From NCBI GenBank assembly GCA_965246885.1, contig OZ251992.1:1280001-1344000 (forward strand): a stretch of 64,000 nt of DNA, in the 5' to 3' direction. Shown here one piece after another: positions 9,777 to 19,961 of this stretch (the stretch's first letter is position 1; the number at the start of each line of letters is the position of its first letter). The position numbers and the translations under genes are program-made. A model generated the notes under the pieces. The model ran no database searches, was not told the origin of the DNA, and worked only from the letters and a program-made list of their open reading frames with translations. Source of the stretch: Abditibacterium sp. Lineage in GTDB: Bacteria > Armatimonadota > Abditibacteriia > Abditibacteriales > Abditibacteriaceae.

Positions 9777-11009
9777 TCACGGGTGCGGGCGGTAGAAGTC
9801 GCTGGACAGCTTGACGCGCTGGCCGCCGACGAGTTTGAAGGCTTGCGAGTGCGTGCCGCCCTCGCGCGAGGTGACGAGCGAAACGAGTTCGACCTTGGGC
9901 GCGCGGCGCGGTTTTTGGCCCCACACGCGGGCGTTGAACTTGCCGTTCGCCACGAAGGTTTCGACGCGAATCGGGCCGCCGGACGTGTTGCGGAAGCGGA
10001 AGTCCTTTTGGTGCCACATGAGCGCGGCGTCGCGCGAGGGCGGCACATACGAGACGCGCATCGAGTGGGCGTGGCGCTCGACGATGGGGAAATTGCCCAG
10101 CAGAGCGCAGTTATACAGCGTCGAAGCGGCTTGACAAATCCCGGCGCCCGTGCCCGCGACGACGCGGCCCGACACGAACATCTTCGCTTCGCGCCAGCCG
10201 CTCTCGGCGTTGCGCGGGCCAATGGCGGTGTTGGTCGAAAAGACGCCACCCGGCGGGACGACCGTGCCGTTGATATGATTCGCCGCCATGCGAAGATTCA
10301 CCGTGCGGCCCCGGAGCGAAGCGTCGTACTTGGTCGAGAACGAGGTGAGCAAGTAGGGAAACGCGCCTTTGCCGACGGCGATTTGCGGCGCCTCGTCGGG
10401 CGTGGGCGCTGTCTCGCGCACGGCGACAGTGACCAGCGACTCGCGCGCTTTGGGCGGGCTTTGCTCCAAGGCGACTTCGATTTTGGCGGCGCTCGCTTCG
10501 ATGTTGAGGCCCACGTTGCCAAAGTCCTCGCGCACTTGACCGTCCAGTTCCCGCAGCGCGGCGTCCAACTTGGCGCGGTTGACCGAAAACGAAAGCGCTA
10601 CCGTTTCGCCCCGCCGCGCGCGGGTCAGCATTTCCCGAAGCGGAAGCGTTGCGCCCAGTTCGTCGCGGCCAAAGGTGTATTGATAGGAACCAATCACGGT
10701 GCGAAAGGGCGCCTTGAGTTGCGGTGCGAGCGCGGCGCGCAATTTGGCTATGGCCGCCGCGTCGCTCAGGCGGGCGACGGACACGCCCGCGACAGTGCCC
10801 GACGTTGCGGCGAGCGCGGTGGAGGGCGCCACGACGACACCCTGATGGCGCACCGGGTCGCCGATAACGAGCGGGGAATCGTCCGAGGGCGGCGCATTAA
10901 GCGGGACGTCTCCCCCTTTCGCGGCGGGCGCGGGCAATACTTGCGCGGGGGCGCAGGCGGGCCACAGCAGAAGCAGTGACAGGGCTAACCAAGGTCTACA
11001 AGGGATCAT
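9777..11009 (-). CDS. VanW-family protein
   Basis: RTVNLRMAA..INGTVV.PG, GICQAASTLYN, ERHAHS, YVPPSRDA, DFRFRN. Confidence 0.88.
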   Translation of the reverse strand: MIPCRPWLALSLLLLWPACAPAQVLPAPAAKGGDVPLNAPPSDDSPLVIGDPVRHQGVVVAPSTALAATSGTVAGVSVARLSDAAAIAKLRAALAPQLKAPFRTVIGSYQYTFGRDELGATLPLREMLTRARRGETVALSFSVNRAKLDAALRELDGQVREDFGNVGLNIEASAAKIEVALEQSPPKARESLVTVAVRETAPTPDEAPQIAVGKGAFPYLLTSFSTKYDASLRGRTVNLRMAANHINGTVVPPGGVFSTNTAIGPRNAESGWREAKMFVSGRVVAGTGAGICQAASTLYNCALLGNFPIVERHAHSMRVSYVPPSRDAALMWHQKDFRFRNTSGGPIRVETFVANGKFNARVWGQKPRRAPKVELVSLVTSREGGTHSQAFKLVGGQRVKLSSDFYRPHP

Positions 11010-11060
11010 GCCTTTCAGTTTGACCCCTGCCGCAAAGCGGCGCTCCAAAACGGCGTCCTC

Positions 11061-13007
11061 TTACTTGAACCGCTTCGCCCACGCACCCGTCAACGCGGGC
11101 AGCAGGCTCCCGCCGTCACGCTCGTCACGGGGCAAAGAAGCGCGCACGCCGCACTTTTGAAAGCGGGCGCTCGTGAAGGGGTTGCCCTTCACGCGGGTTT
11201 GCAGCGACAGATTGGAAGGACGCATCCCCGCGAGCAAGAGCGTCTTCTGGCCCTCGTCCGAGCGCAAAAACTGCTGGAAGGCGCTCCGCGCGGGCGCGAC
11301 TTCGACGGGAGCGCCGACGCGCTCGACTTCGCAGAACGGGTGGTCGGCGGCGATGGTGCGCGGCAGATACCACACCTCGACGCTTTGGCCCGCGTTCAGG
11401 GCGCGCAGGGCGTCGCTTTCAAAGCACAAGCCCCACCACACCCGGCTGGCGCCGTCTTGCGAAAGGTCGTTCACCAAGTCGGCGTCGCACGCATACGCCG
11501 AGGGCGAGTTCGCTTCAAAAGTGTTCATCCACGTCCAGAACGCGGCGTCGTTCACTGCAACGCGCGGCGTCTTGCCGTTCGATTCGCTCCACTCGCGCAG
11601 CATCGAGAACCGGACAAGGGCGCCGAGCGCGGTCTTTTGCGGGTCGCAGATTCCAAAATGGCCGACCGCGCCCTTGCCAACGGCAGTGCGCAGAGCGCTC
11701 CACGAGGAGACGCGATGGCCGGGAAAAGCGCGGCGCAATTCACCCGCGTGGTCGGCGCGGGCGAGGAGCACGATGGGCGTGCGGGCGAGCGATTCCCCCG
11801 GCGCAAGAGTAGCGCGACGAAAGCGCGGGGCGAGGGCGTTGAACTGCTCGACCGCCGCGCCCGATGCCGGAACCCACGCATCGGGCGCGCCGTCTCCACC
11901 GCGTAGCGCGCGGTGGAGTCCGGCGCGGCTTTCGACGCCTTGCACCACGACATCGAAAGCCGCGCCGTCGCCAGTCTTTTCCCACGCAATTCCGGCGCTA
12001 CCCAAGGCGGGCGCAATTTCCGGCGCCGCCGCGAGCAGGACGGGCATGCGCCCTGCGCTTGTGGCAACGGCGGGCGTCGCGGCAAAACGCTGAATGGAAA
12101 GGGTGAACAAGACGCCCGTAATGGCGACCATCAGGTTCAGCGCGGTGGGCGACAAGATGCGGCGCGGCCCCGAAGTTTTCCCATCGCCCACAACGACCCG
12201 CGAAGGGGCATTGCGCTTGGTGCTGCGGCGGCCCGTCAGCTTGGCTTGGCCGGAGATGACGTCATGGAGCGCATCAGGCATGTCGGGAGAGTGCGCGTCT
12301 ACGTTCGATTCGCGGCGGCGGCGGATGTCGCGGGCTTGCTCGGTGGTCAGAGTTTTGGCGCGCACCGCGTTCTCTTCCTGTTCGGGCGTGAAATGAACGG
12401 TGGGCTTGGGCTGTGGGAAGAAGACCTTCTCCCCTACGAAGGGCGCGGGCGCCGCGACTTCGACGGGGGGCGCACTGGAGACTTTGGGCGCCCGCGCCAT
12501 GTGGACGGGCTGCGGTTCCGGTTCTGGGTCGGGTGTAAGAGGCGCGGCTTTGGTTTTGATGGCCGCACCGGGCAGCAGGTCGAGGTCACGTCCGGTGCGG
12601 GCACATTCGACAACCTCGCGCGCGGCGCTGATTTCGTCTTGCAAGCCGGGTAGCTGGTCGGCCTTGGTGACGGACGCCATATTGCCGCGCATGGCGGCGA
12701 TGAAGGCGACGAAGGTTTGCGCCGACGGATCGCCGATGGAGTGCAGAATATGTTGGCGGTCGTATTTGGCGCGCCAGCTGGCGTCGAGCAAAATGCGGCG
12801 CGCTTGGGGCAAAACGCGCTCGGTCAGCGACTGAAAGTAGAGCCGCTTTTGCGGGTCGCGGTGCTCGATGTTGGCGGTGGCGTTGGTGTAGACCTTGCCG
12901 ATGCGCCGACGGATGGTTTCTTCGTCGGCGCTCACGGGCACGCCCAACAGAGCGTAGAAATCGAGCCACTCGCCGTCCAGAAATGCGTTCGTCGCGTTCG
13001 TCGTCAT
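11061..13007 (-). CDS. J-domain-like N-terminus, TM helix and solute-binding-protein-like C-terminus
   Basis: DFYALLGV...LLDASWRAKYD; TM LMVAITGVLFTLSI; PDAWVPAS, ARTPIVL, DHPF. Start at MTTNAT after a GAGGT RBS. Confidence 0.7.
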   Translation of the reverse strand: MTTNATNAFLDGEWLDFYALLGVPVSADEETIRRRIGKVYTNATANIEHRDPQKRLYFQSLTERVLPQARRILLDASWRAKYDRQHILHSIGDPSAQTFVAFIAAMRGNMASVTKADQLPGLQDEISAAREVVECARTGRDLDLLPGAAIKTKAAPLTPDPEPEPQPVHMARAPKVSSAPPVEVAAPAPFVGEKVFFPQPKPTVHFTPEQEENAVRAKTLTTEQARDIRRRRESNVDAHSPDMPDALHDVISGQAKLTGRRSTKRNAPSRVVVGDGKTSGPRRILSPTALNLMVAITGVLFTLSIQRFAATPAVATSAGRMPVLLAAAPEIAPALGSAGIAWEKTGDGAAFDVVVQGVESRAGLHRALRGGDGAPDAWVPASGAAVEQFNALAPRFRRATLAPGESLARTPIVLLARADHAGELRRAFPGHRVSSWSALRTAVGKGAVGHFGICDPQKTALGALVRFSMLREWSESNGKTPRVAVNDAAFWTWMNTFEANSPSAYACDADLVNDLSQDGASRVWWGLCFESDALRALNAGQSVEVWYLPRTIAADHPFCEVERVGAPVEVAPARSAFQQFLRSDEGQKTLLLAGMRPSNLSLQTRVKGNPFTSARFQKCGVRASLPRDERDGGSLLPALTGAWAKRFK

Positions 13008-13235
13008 GGATGTTACCTCGCCGCGTGTGCTCCCGGTCGCAGGTTGACCCCGTCGGACGCACACAACTCGTCGTTGGTTCAAAGCACCGAACTGGCCAGC
13101 CGAAATGTCGTGTTCCCAACTTTTTGGCCCCCGGTCTTCTCTTCTCCGGTTTGCCACGACGTACGTGCCCCTTGATGTGAAAAGCGGCCACTTTCCGAAA
13201 TTTATTCTATCGCCGCCGTCTCTCATGTGAAGAGG

Positions 13236-13371
13236 GACGTCTGTCTTTGGGCGGCGCACGTCTGTCGGCGCGTGGCAGACGTCTGTCATCGGATGGCGCA
13301 CATCTGTCGGCGCATGACGCACGTCTGTCGGCGCGTGACGCACGTCTCTTTTTGGGCGACAGACCTCTATC
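13236..13371. repeat. 21-bp-period tandem array (ACGTCTGTC / GACAGACGT family), 7 units
   Basis: Cores at 13237, 13258, 13279, 13300, 13321, 13342, 13363. Confidence 0.85.
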
Positions 13372-15391
13372 CCCGAATGACGGCGCCCAGTGAGCGGGCG
13401 GCCTCGACCACTCGGCCAGATACCGCCTCGATGTCTCCCTCGCCCAGCGTGCGGTCGGGCGCTTGCAAGCGCAACGACAGCGCGAGCGACTTTTGCCCCT
13501 CGCCTAATGGCACTCCTTGGAAGACGTCCACCACGCGCGCCGAAGTCACTAACTCCCCACCCGCGTTCTGGACGGCTTCGAGCAAGCGGAGCGAGGGCAT
13601 GCTTTGCGGCACCACGAACGCGAAGTCGCGCTCGACGGCGGGAAAGTTGGAGAACGCCCGGAATTGACGCACAAGCGACACGTGCCGCACCAAGGCGTCG
13701 AAATCTATCTGCGCGCAGTAGACGCGGTGCGACAATTCCCACTTCGCGGCGACGAGCGGATGCACCTCGCCCATCACGCCAATCTCGGCGCCCGACAGCG
13801 CGATAGTGGCGCAGCGTCCGGGGTGAAAGGCGGGGTGACGAATCGGCTCGAACAACAGGTCGGGCGCGCCGAACTCGCGCAAGACGTTCTGCACGATGGC
13901 TTTGAGCGCGAAGAAGTCCACCGGCACGGGCGCCTTTTGCCAATGCGCCGTCGCGGGCGCATCGCTCAAACACACGCCAAGGGTGCGCCGTTCGTCGGCG
14001 AGCGCATGGGCGGCGCTGGTTTCGTAGGTGCGGCCCAACTCGAACCCGCGCAAGCGGCGCCCTTTGTTGCGCGCGAGGACGTCCAGCATGGAAGGCAACA
14101 GGCTGGTGCGGAGCAGGGTGTAATCTTCCGTCAGGGCGTTGCGAAGCCGCACGGCGCGCTCGACGGAAGCGCCCGCATTTGTGTGCGCGGTTTCATTCGA
14201 GAGGGAAATCGTCGCCACTTCGGTGAGGCCACAACGCAAACACGCCGAGCGCGCGCGGTCTTCTAAACGTCCGGCGAGGGGGCGGCCCGCGCTGGTGTTG
14301 ACGCCTTCGTGAAGCGTGGTGGGCACGCGGTCGTAGCCCCACAAGCGCGCGACTTCCTCCACTAAATCTATCTCGCGCTCGATGTCGCGCCGCCTTGTCG
14401 GGACGTGCGCAGTGATGACGCCGCCTTCGAGGGTGGTCTTGAAGCCCAACCGGTCGAGGGCGGCTTGCATCCACGACGGCTCGATGTTTAACCCCAGTAG
14501 TTCGTTGGCCCGCGCGGGCCGCAGCGACACGGCGCGTGGGGTGGCGGGATGGGGATAAACGTCAACGGCGCCTTGCGCGACGCGCCCGCCCGCGATTTGA
14601 ACGAGCAGTTGTGCCGCGCGGTCGAGTGAGCGCAAACAGCCGTTGGGATCAACCCAGCGCTCGAAGCGTTTGCTCGCTTCGCTGGGCAAGCCGAGCAGTT
14701 GCACGCCGCGCCGCACGCGCGTCGGGGTGAAATGTGCGGACTCCAACAGGACGTTCACGGTTCCATCGGAAACTTCGGTCGCCAATCCGCCCATGATGCC
14801 CGCGACCGCGATGGGGCCGCTTCCGTCCGCGATGACGAGGGTTTCGGGCGCAAGGGCGCGCTCTTGGTCGTCCAAGGTGCGCAGCATCTCGCCCTCGCGC
14901 GCGCGGCGCACGGTGATGTGGCCGCCGCCAAGCGTATCGAAGTCGAAGGCGTGAAGCGGCTGCCCCCATTCGAGCATGACGTAGTTGGTGGCGTCCACGA
15001 CGTTGTTGATGGGCCGCACGCCGCAATCGAGCAGTCGTTGCTGCATCCAGTCGGGCGACTCGCCAACCGTCACGCCTTCGACCAAACGGGCGCAATAACG
15101 CGCGCAGTCGTCGGGGTTCTGGATTGTGATCTCGACGCGGCCTTCGATGGGCGGGCCGTCTTCTTCGACATCGGGCGCGGGCGCGCGGAAGCGGGCGTCG
15201 GTCATGGCGCCAATCTCGCGCGCCAAACCCGTCGCGCATAGCCAGTCGCCGCGATTGCTCGTCACTTCCAGTTCAAAGCGCTCGCCCTCGCGCGCTTCGA
15301 TACCCAATCCCGCGAGCAACAACACGTTCTCTAATTTGTCAACGGGCGGTAGGGCGACATATTCGCGCAGCCATTCAGCAGAGATTCTCAT
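13367..15391 (-). CDS. pheT: Phenylalanine--tRNA ligase beta subunit (short form)
   Basis: VTSNRGD, RPINNVVDATNY, GQPLHAFD, DLVEEVAR and C-terminal FDX-ACB domain. Confidence 0.97.
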   Translation of the reverse strand: MRISAEWLREYVALPPVDKLENVLLLAGLGIEAREGERFELEVTSNRGDWLCATGLAREIGAMTDARFRAPAPDVEEDGPPIEGRVEITIQNPDDCARYCARLVEGVTVGESPDWMQQRLLDCGVRPINNVVDATNYVMLEWGQPLHAFDFDTLGGGHITVRRAREGEMLRTLDDQERALAPETLVIADGSGPIAVAGIMGGLATEVSDGTVNVLLESAHFTPTRVRRGVQLLGLPSEASKRFERWVDPNGCLRSLDRAAQLLVQIAGGRVAQGAVDVYPHPATPRAVSLRPARANELLGLNIEPSWMQAALDRLGFKTTLEGGVITAHVPTRRRDIEREIDLVEEVARLWGYDRVPTTLHEGVNTSAGRPLAGRLEDRARSACLRCGLTEVATISLSNETAHTNAGASVERAVRLRNALTEDYTLLRTSLLPSMLDVLARNKGRRLRGFELGRTYETSAAHALADERRTLGVCLSDAPATAHWQKAPVPVDFFALKAIVQNVLREFGAPDLLFEPIRHPAFHPGRCATIALSGAEIGVMGEVHPLVAAKWELSHRVYCAQIDFDALVRHVSLVRQFRAFSNFPAVERDFAFVVPQSMPSLRLLEAVQNAGGELVTSARVVDVFQGVPLGEGQKSLALSLRLQAPDRTLGEGDIEAVSGRVVEAARSLGAVIRG

Positions 15392-15400
15392 GGTGGGGGT

Positions 15401-16408
15401 TTAGAATTGCTCCAAAAAGCGCAGGTCGTTCTCGTAGAACAAGCGCAGGTCTTCGACGCCGAACTTGATCATCGCCATGCGCTCGATGCCAAAGCCAAAC
15501 GCGAAGCCGCTCACTTCTTCGGGATTGTAACCGACGTTTTCGAGGACTTTGGGATGCACCAAGCCGCAGCCGCCCAATTCCAGCCATTTGCCGTTGAAGA
15601 AAACATCGAACTCGGCGGACGGCTCGGTGAAGGGGAAAAAGTGCGGGCGGAAGCGGCTTTGCACCGCGCCCGCGCCGGGGGCGGCCTCGAAGAGTTGCGA
15701 TAGAAACGTCGAGAGTGTGCCCTTGAGGTCGCCGAATGTAACGCCCTTGGCCACGCACAAACCCTCGACTTGGTTGAACATGGCGAGGTGCGTCCGGTCT
15801 ATGGCTTCGCGGCGATAAACCCGCCCCGGCGCGATGATTTTGACGGGCGGCTGGCGCCCTTCCATCGTGCGGATTTGGACGGACGAGGTTTCGGTTCGCA
15901 ACACCACGTCGTCCGCGACATACAGCGTGTCGCGCTCGAAGCGGGCCGGATGGTCGGGGCCGATGCCAAGGGCGTCGAAGTTGTACCACACGTGTTCGAC
16001 TTCCGGCCCCTCGACAACCGAAAAGCCAAGGTTGGAGAAGATGCGCACGATGTCGTCGAGGGTTTGCGTGAGCGGGTGGCGCCGCCCGAAGGAGATGTCG
16101 GGCGCAGGCAGGGACACATCGAGCGTTTCGGCGCGCAATCGGGCGTCCAATTCGGCACCCGCAAGTTCAGCGCGGCGCGCATCAAACGCCGCTTCGACGC
16201 GCCCTTTCACTTCGTTAATGAGCGCGCCCACACGCGGGCGCTCGTCGGGCGCGAGCTTGCCCAAACCACGCGAAGCGAGCGTTAGCTCGGCGGACTTGCC
16301 AAGATGCTGCACGCGCCACGTCTCAAGTTCGGCACTTGTCGCAAGGGCAGGGAGCGCAGCCAGAAGTTCCCGTTCCAGTTCGGGCAGGCGGCTTTGAAGG
16401 TCGGACAT
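15401..16408 (-). CDS. pheS: Phenylalanine--tRNA ligase alpha subunit
   Basis: HPAR, FPFTEPSAE, WLELGGCG, GFAFGFGIER. Start at MSDLQ. Confidence 0.97.
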   Translation of the reverse strand: MSDLQSRLPELERELLAALPALATSAELETWRVQHLGKSAELTLASRGLGKLAPDERPRVGALINEVKGRVEAAFDARRAELAGAELDARLRAETLDVSLPAPDISFGRRHPLTQTLDDIVRIFSNLGFSVVEGPEVEHVWYNFDALGIGPDHPARFERDTLYVADDVVLRTETSSVQIRTMEGRQPPVKIIAPGRVYRREAIDRTHLAMFNQVEGLCVAKGVTFGDLKGTLSTFLSQLFEAAPGAGAVQSRFRPHFFPFTEPSAEFDVFFNGKWLELGGCGLVHPKVLENVGYNPEEVSGFAFGFGIERMAMIKFGVEDLRLFYENDLRFLEQF

Positions 16409-16467
16409 AAAGGAATTTGCCGCGAAGTGTAGAACGCGCGGGGAAATGGCCTGTGGAGGGGGAGGAA

Positions 16468-16998
16468 TTAGCGGGCTTTCCAACTGTTCCACGAGTAAAG
16501 CGAGAGGGCGTAGAAGCGGGCGAGCTCGGGTTGATTCTTCTTGAGAGACTGCCACTCGGCAACGGCAGCACGCGCGTTTTTGACGAGGTTTTCGGCTTCA
16601 CTCTGGGTGAAGGGACTAGAAAGGTCGTAGTCGGCGCGGTGTCGAGCTTGCTGCAACTCAGCGAACTGGCGGGCAAGCTTCCTCGATGGGATCGAGGACG
16701 ATACACCGTAGAGAGTCCAGAACGGTTTTAGCAAATCTTTGGGCGTGGCTTTGATGAACTCTGCGCTGGCCTCTTTCATCGCCGTATGCGAAAAGCCGCG
16801 CCCAACCAACTGGCGGAGCGGCTTTTGTGTCGGCGAAGCGCCCACGATCATGGTCGTTGCCTCTTCGATCAAGAAGTGGAACAATCCGTAGTAGGCTGAG
16901 GAAACGGCGCGGCGCAAGTTGACTTGTTTGGGGCGGCGCGGATCAGCGCGCAGCAGTTTCTCGGCTTGAACGAGCAAATCTTCCGAGTAGCGACTCAA
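16468..16998 (-). CDS. HEPN-domain protein (putative toxin)
   Basis: RRAVSSAYYGLFH and LQQARHRADY motifs; TTG start overlaps the upstream stop (TTGA). Confidence 0.75.
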   Translation of the reverse strand: MSRYSEDLLVQAEKLLRADPRRPKQVNLRRAVSSAYYGLFHFLIEEATTMIVGASPTQKPLRQLVGRGFSHTAMKEASAEFIKATPKDLLKPFWTLYGVSSSIPSRKLARQFAELQQARHRADYDLSSPFTQSEAENLVKNARAAVAEWQSLKKNQPELARFYALSLYSWNSWKAR

Positions 16999-17276
16999 AG
17001 AGCCACCATCTCTTTCCATTCCCGGACACGGCGGGTGTGGATATAGGGGAAAAGGTCAGGTTCCCAGAGTATCATCTCCTCAAACGCCGTGTCGCGTAGC
17101 GATTCGATGAATTCGTAGTTTAAATCGTCATCCGTGAGCGCGTCATCAAGCAGGAGCCAGACGAAGAGCGCCGGATCGCCCGCCCAATCGGGGCGCCGTT
17201 GGATGACGACTTCGCGTAGCGTTGTGAACCCCTTCTCGTGCATAACCTCTTTGAGGCGATTTTCCATTTTATCCAT
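16995..17276 (-). CDS. Small acidic protein, putative MNT-like antitoxin partner of the HEPN gene
   Basis: DWAGDPALFVWLLLDD; translationally coupled to the HEPN gene. Confidence 0.6.
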   Translation of the reverse strand: MDKMENRLKEVMHEKGFTTLREVVIQRRPDWAGDPALFVWLLLDDALTDDDLNYEFIESLRDTAFEEMILWEPDLFPYIHTRRVREWKEMVAL

Positions 17277-17286
17277 ATCCTTTAAT

Positions 17287-17943
17287 TTACTCCGCTTGGG
17301 CGACCACGCGCGGCGTGATGCCGTCGGGCCAAGAGGTCTCGACGCCGCGCCGGGAGATGGATTTTGAGCCGCCCAAAATCCAGCGCAACGGCCAGTCGGC
17401 GGCGAAGGAAAGGCCGACACGGGTGGTCTGGACAAGCGGGCCGCGACTGTCCAAGAACTCGGCGCGAGCGGGGTTCTGGGCGATGAGCAGGTCGGAATCG
17501 GACAGGTCGGCGCCGTTGAGGTCGAGGCCGATGCCCTGCGCGATGCAGAGCTTGGAGGGGCCGTTGGTCAGTTCGACATCGCGCGCGACGGGGCGATTGG
17601 CACGCATGGTATCGAGGCCAAAGCGCGGCTCGATGGCGCGAACCAGCACAGCTTCGGCCAATCCGGGCGGGCGGCACACGGCGTTGACGCAGCGATAGCC
17701 GCCATAGATGTTGAAAACGTAAGCGCGGCCACAGTCGCCCCACATGGCGCGGTTGCGCGGCGTTTCGCGGCGATAAGCGTGGCAAGCGGGGTCGTCGGTC
17801 AGATACGCTTCGGTTTCGACGATCTCGCCGCCAAGCCACTGCTCCCCGACGCGGCGCAAGAGGAACTGGCCAAGTAGCAAAGGTGCGACGACTTCGGCGC
17901 CGGGAAGATAGGAATCGTGGGGGAGAGGCTGGAACGGCGGCAT
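17287..17943 (-). CDS. mpg: DNA-3-methyladenine glycosylase (MPG/AAG family)
   Basis: GEIVETEAY, DPACHAY, AVLVRAIEP, LTNGPSKLC. Confidence 0.93.
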   Translation of the reverse strand: MPPFQPLPHDSYLPGAEVVAPLLLGQFLLRRVGEQWLGGEIVETEAYLTDDPACHAYRRETPRNRAMWGDCGRAYVFNIYGGYRCVNAVCRPPGLAEAVLVRAIEPRFGLDTMRANRPVARDVELTNGPSKLCIAQGIGLDLNGADLSDSDLLIAQNPARAEFLDSRGPLVQTTRVGLSFAADWPLRWILGGSKSISRRGVETSWPDGITPRVVAQAE

Positions 17944-17954
17944 AGTCAGGAGGG

Positions 17955-19127
17955 CTAATGGCCAGCGATGGCGGCGTGCGGGGCGTCGGGCAGAAAGAAG
18001 AACAGGATGCCCAAGATGGCGTAGACCGCGAGAAGTTGCGCGCCTTCGAGCCAGTTCGATTCGCCGTCGCCCGCAATCTGCGCGCTGATGCCGACGGCCA
18101 CAATCACGGCGGCGATCTCGGCGGTCGAGAACTCCAAGTCGAGCGGTTTGCCAAACAGATAGGACGCGAATACCAAGACGGGCGCCACGAAGAGGGCGAT
18201 TTGCACGCTGGAACCGATGGCGATGCCCAGCGCGAGGTCGGTTTTGTTCTTGAGCGCGCTCATTACCGCCGTCGAGTGCTCCGCCGCGTTGCCGATGATG
18301 GCGACCACAATCACGCCCACGAATACTTCCGTCAGTCCAAGCCGGTGCCGCGCGGCCTCGACGCTTCCCACCAGAAACTCGCTCATCAGCGCAACAAACA
18401 GAGTGGCGACAAGCAGCGTGCCAATCGAGCGCGCGAGCGACCACTCTTCGTGCTCGGTGTCTGGTTTGGCGACGAACTCCCCAACTTCGGCGGCGTTGGC
18501 TTCGGCTTCGGCGTCCGCTTCGCTTTCGCCCGCGAACAATTCGCGGTGTGTGCCAAGCGCAAACAGCAGCGTGGCGATGTAGGTTACGAACAGCACGACG
18601 GCGATGCCCAGCGACAATTGGTGCCCTTTGGCAATGTTCCTCTCGCCCGACAAATGAAAGACCGTCGGCATCACAAGGGCAATCGCCGCAATCAAGAGCG
18701 TCGTCGAGGACGAGCGCGCGACGGTGCGGTTGAAGCGCTGCGTGCGAAACTTCAGCCCCCCGCAAAACAGCGACAGACCCAAAACGAGGAGGACGTTGCC
18801 GATAATCGAGCCGGTAATTGAAGCCTTCACCACACCGAACAACCCCTTCTGCAACGCCACGAGCGCGATGATTAACTCGGCAGCGTTGCCAAACGTCGCG
18901 TTGAGCAGACCGCCCAAGCCCTGTCCAACGCGCTCCGCCAAGTGCTCCGTCGCGCGCCCCATCCACCCCGCGAGCGGGATAACCGCCAAACAGGAGGTAA
19001 TGAAAAGCGCCGTCGCATTGTGGGGCGCGAAGAGACGGATGGCGATGGCGACGGGCACGAACGCCAGCAGCCAATCGAGCGAGGGTTTAAAAGAAACGCG
19101 CGGGCGCGCGGGCAAAGAGGCGGGCAT
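17955..19127 (-). CDS. cax: Calcium/proton exchanger (CaCA family)
   Basis: [40 protein letters not shown]. Confidence 0.92.
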   Translation of the reverse strand: MPASLPARPRVSFKPSLDWLLAFVPVAIAIRLFAPHNATALFITSCLAVIPLAGWMGRATEHLAERVGQGLGGLLNATFGNAAELIIALVALQKGLFGVVKASITGSIIGNVLLVLGLSLFCGGLKFRTQRFNRTVARSSSTTLLIAAIALVMPTVFHLSGERNIAKGHQLSLGIAVVLFVTYIATLLFALGTHRELFAGESEADAEAEANAAEVGEFVAKPDTEHEEWSLARSIGTLLVATLFVALMSEFLVGSVEAARHRLGLTEVFVGVIVVAIIGNAAEHSTAVMSALKNKTDLALGIAIGSSVQIALFVAPVLVFASYLFGKPLDLEFSTAEIAAVIVAVGISAQIAGDGESNWLEGAQLLAVYAILGILFFFLPDAPHAAIAGH

Positions 19128-19187
19128 GAAAGAAAAGGCAACAAAGAGTGCAAACCCCTCTCCCAAGCCGCGCGTGCGCTCAAGCTC

Positions 19188-19562
19188 CTATCCCGCGAGG
19201 TTCGGCGCGTCGCCGTGCGTGGCGACGATGGTAAAGTCAATGCCGCCGCGAATGTTGAAGTGCCCCGTCACGCGCATCCATTTGGGAGCGCACGCCGCCA
19301 CCATCGCGTTGAGAATGATGTTGGTCACGTCTTCGTGGAAGTTGCCCTCGTCGCGGAAGCTCCACAGGTATTGCTTGAGGCTCTTGGACTCCAAGCACTT
19401 CGCATCCGGGCGGTATTCCACTTTAATTTGCGCGAAGTCCGGCTGCCCCGTGAGCGGGCACAGCGTGGTGAACTCGCTCGTCTCGAACGTGATGGTGTAG
19501 GAGTTGTTGGGGTGCGGGTTGGGAAAAGTCTGGAGTTCTTTGGAAGCAAGAAGCGCGGCCAT
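19188..19562 (-). CDS. queF: NADPH-dependent preQ0 reductase (type I QueF)
   Basis: [31 protein letters not shown]. Confidence 0.96.
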   Translation of the reverse strand: MAALLASKELQTFPNPHPNNSYTITFETSEFTTLCPLTGQPDFAQIKVEYRPDAKCLESKSLKQYLWSFRDEGNFHEDVTNIILNAMVAACAPKWMRVTGHFNIRGGIDFTIVATHGDAPNLAG

Positions 19563-19611
19563 AGCGGAATTCCAACGAGTGCGAGCGCGCTCAGGTTGCG
19601 CGCCCGCCGCG

Positions 19612-19917
19612 TTAGTCCAACTCGACGCTCACCATGCCCTCTTCAATCACGACGCGGTAAGTGTCCACGCTGACGCCTGCGACGGTCGAACATTCCCCGG
19701 TGCGGGTGTCGAACTCCCAGCAATGCCAAGGGCACGCGACGGCGTTGCCGTCAGTATAACCCGACGACAAATCGGCGCCCGCGTGCGGGCAGACGTTGTC
19801 AATGGCGCGCACTTCGTCGCCCACGCGAAACAGCGCGACTTGGTGCGGCCCGGAGCGGAATAGGAAGCCCTCTTTTTCGGGCAGTTCGAGGAGCGGTTTA
19901 ACGTCAATAAGAGGCAT
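19612..19917 (-). CDS. Rieske [2Fe-2S] ferredoxin (NirD-like)
   Basis: CPH...CPWH motifs. Confidence 0.9.
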   Translation of the reverse strand: MPLIDVKPLLELPEKEGFLFRSGPHQVALFRVGDEVRAIDNVCPHAGADLSSGYTDGNAVACPWHCWEFDTRTGECSTVAGVSVDTYRVVIEEGMVSVELD

Positions 19918-19961
19918 GGCAAAGCATTTTACTCATGCGAGGCGTGTGCCGGTGTCGCCCT

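Noticed and set aside
13008..13973. N-terminal extension of the 970-aa ORF, including TDVRH repeats
   Set aside because: It overlaps pheT in another frame and reads through a DNA repeat; the RBS supports a start at 13007.
17944..19074. Long N-terminal extension of mpg (595-aa ORF)
   Set aside because: Out-of-frame overlap with cax; MPG homology starts at 17943.
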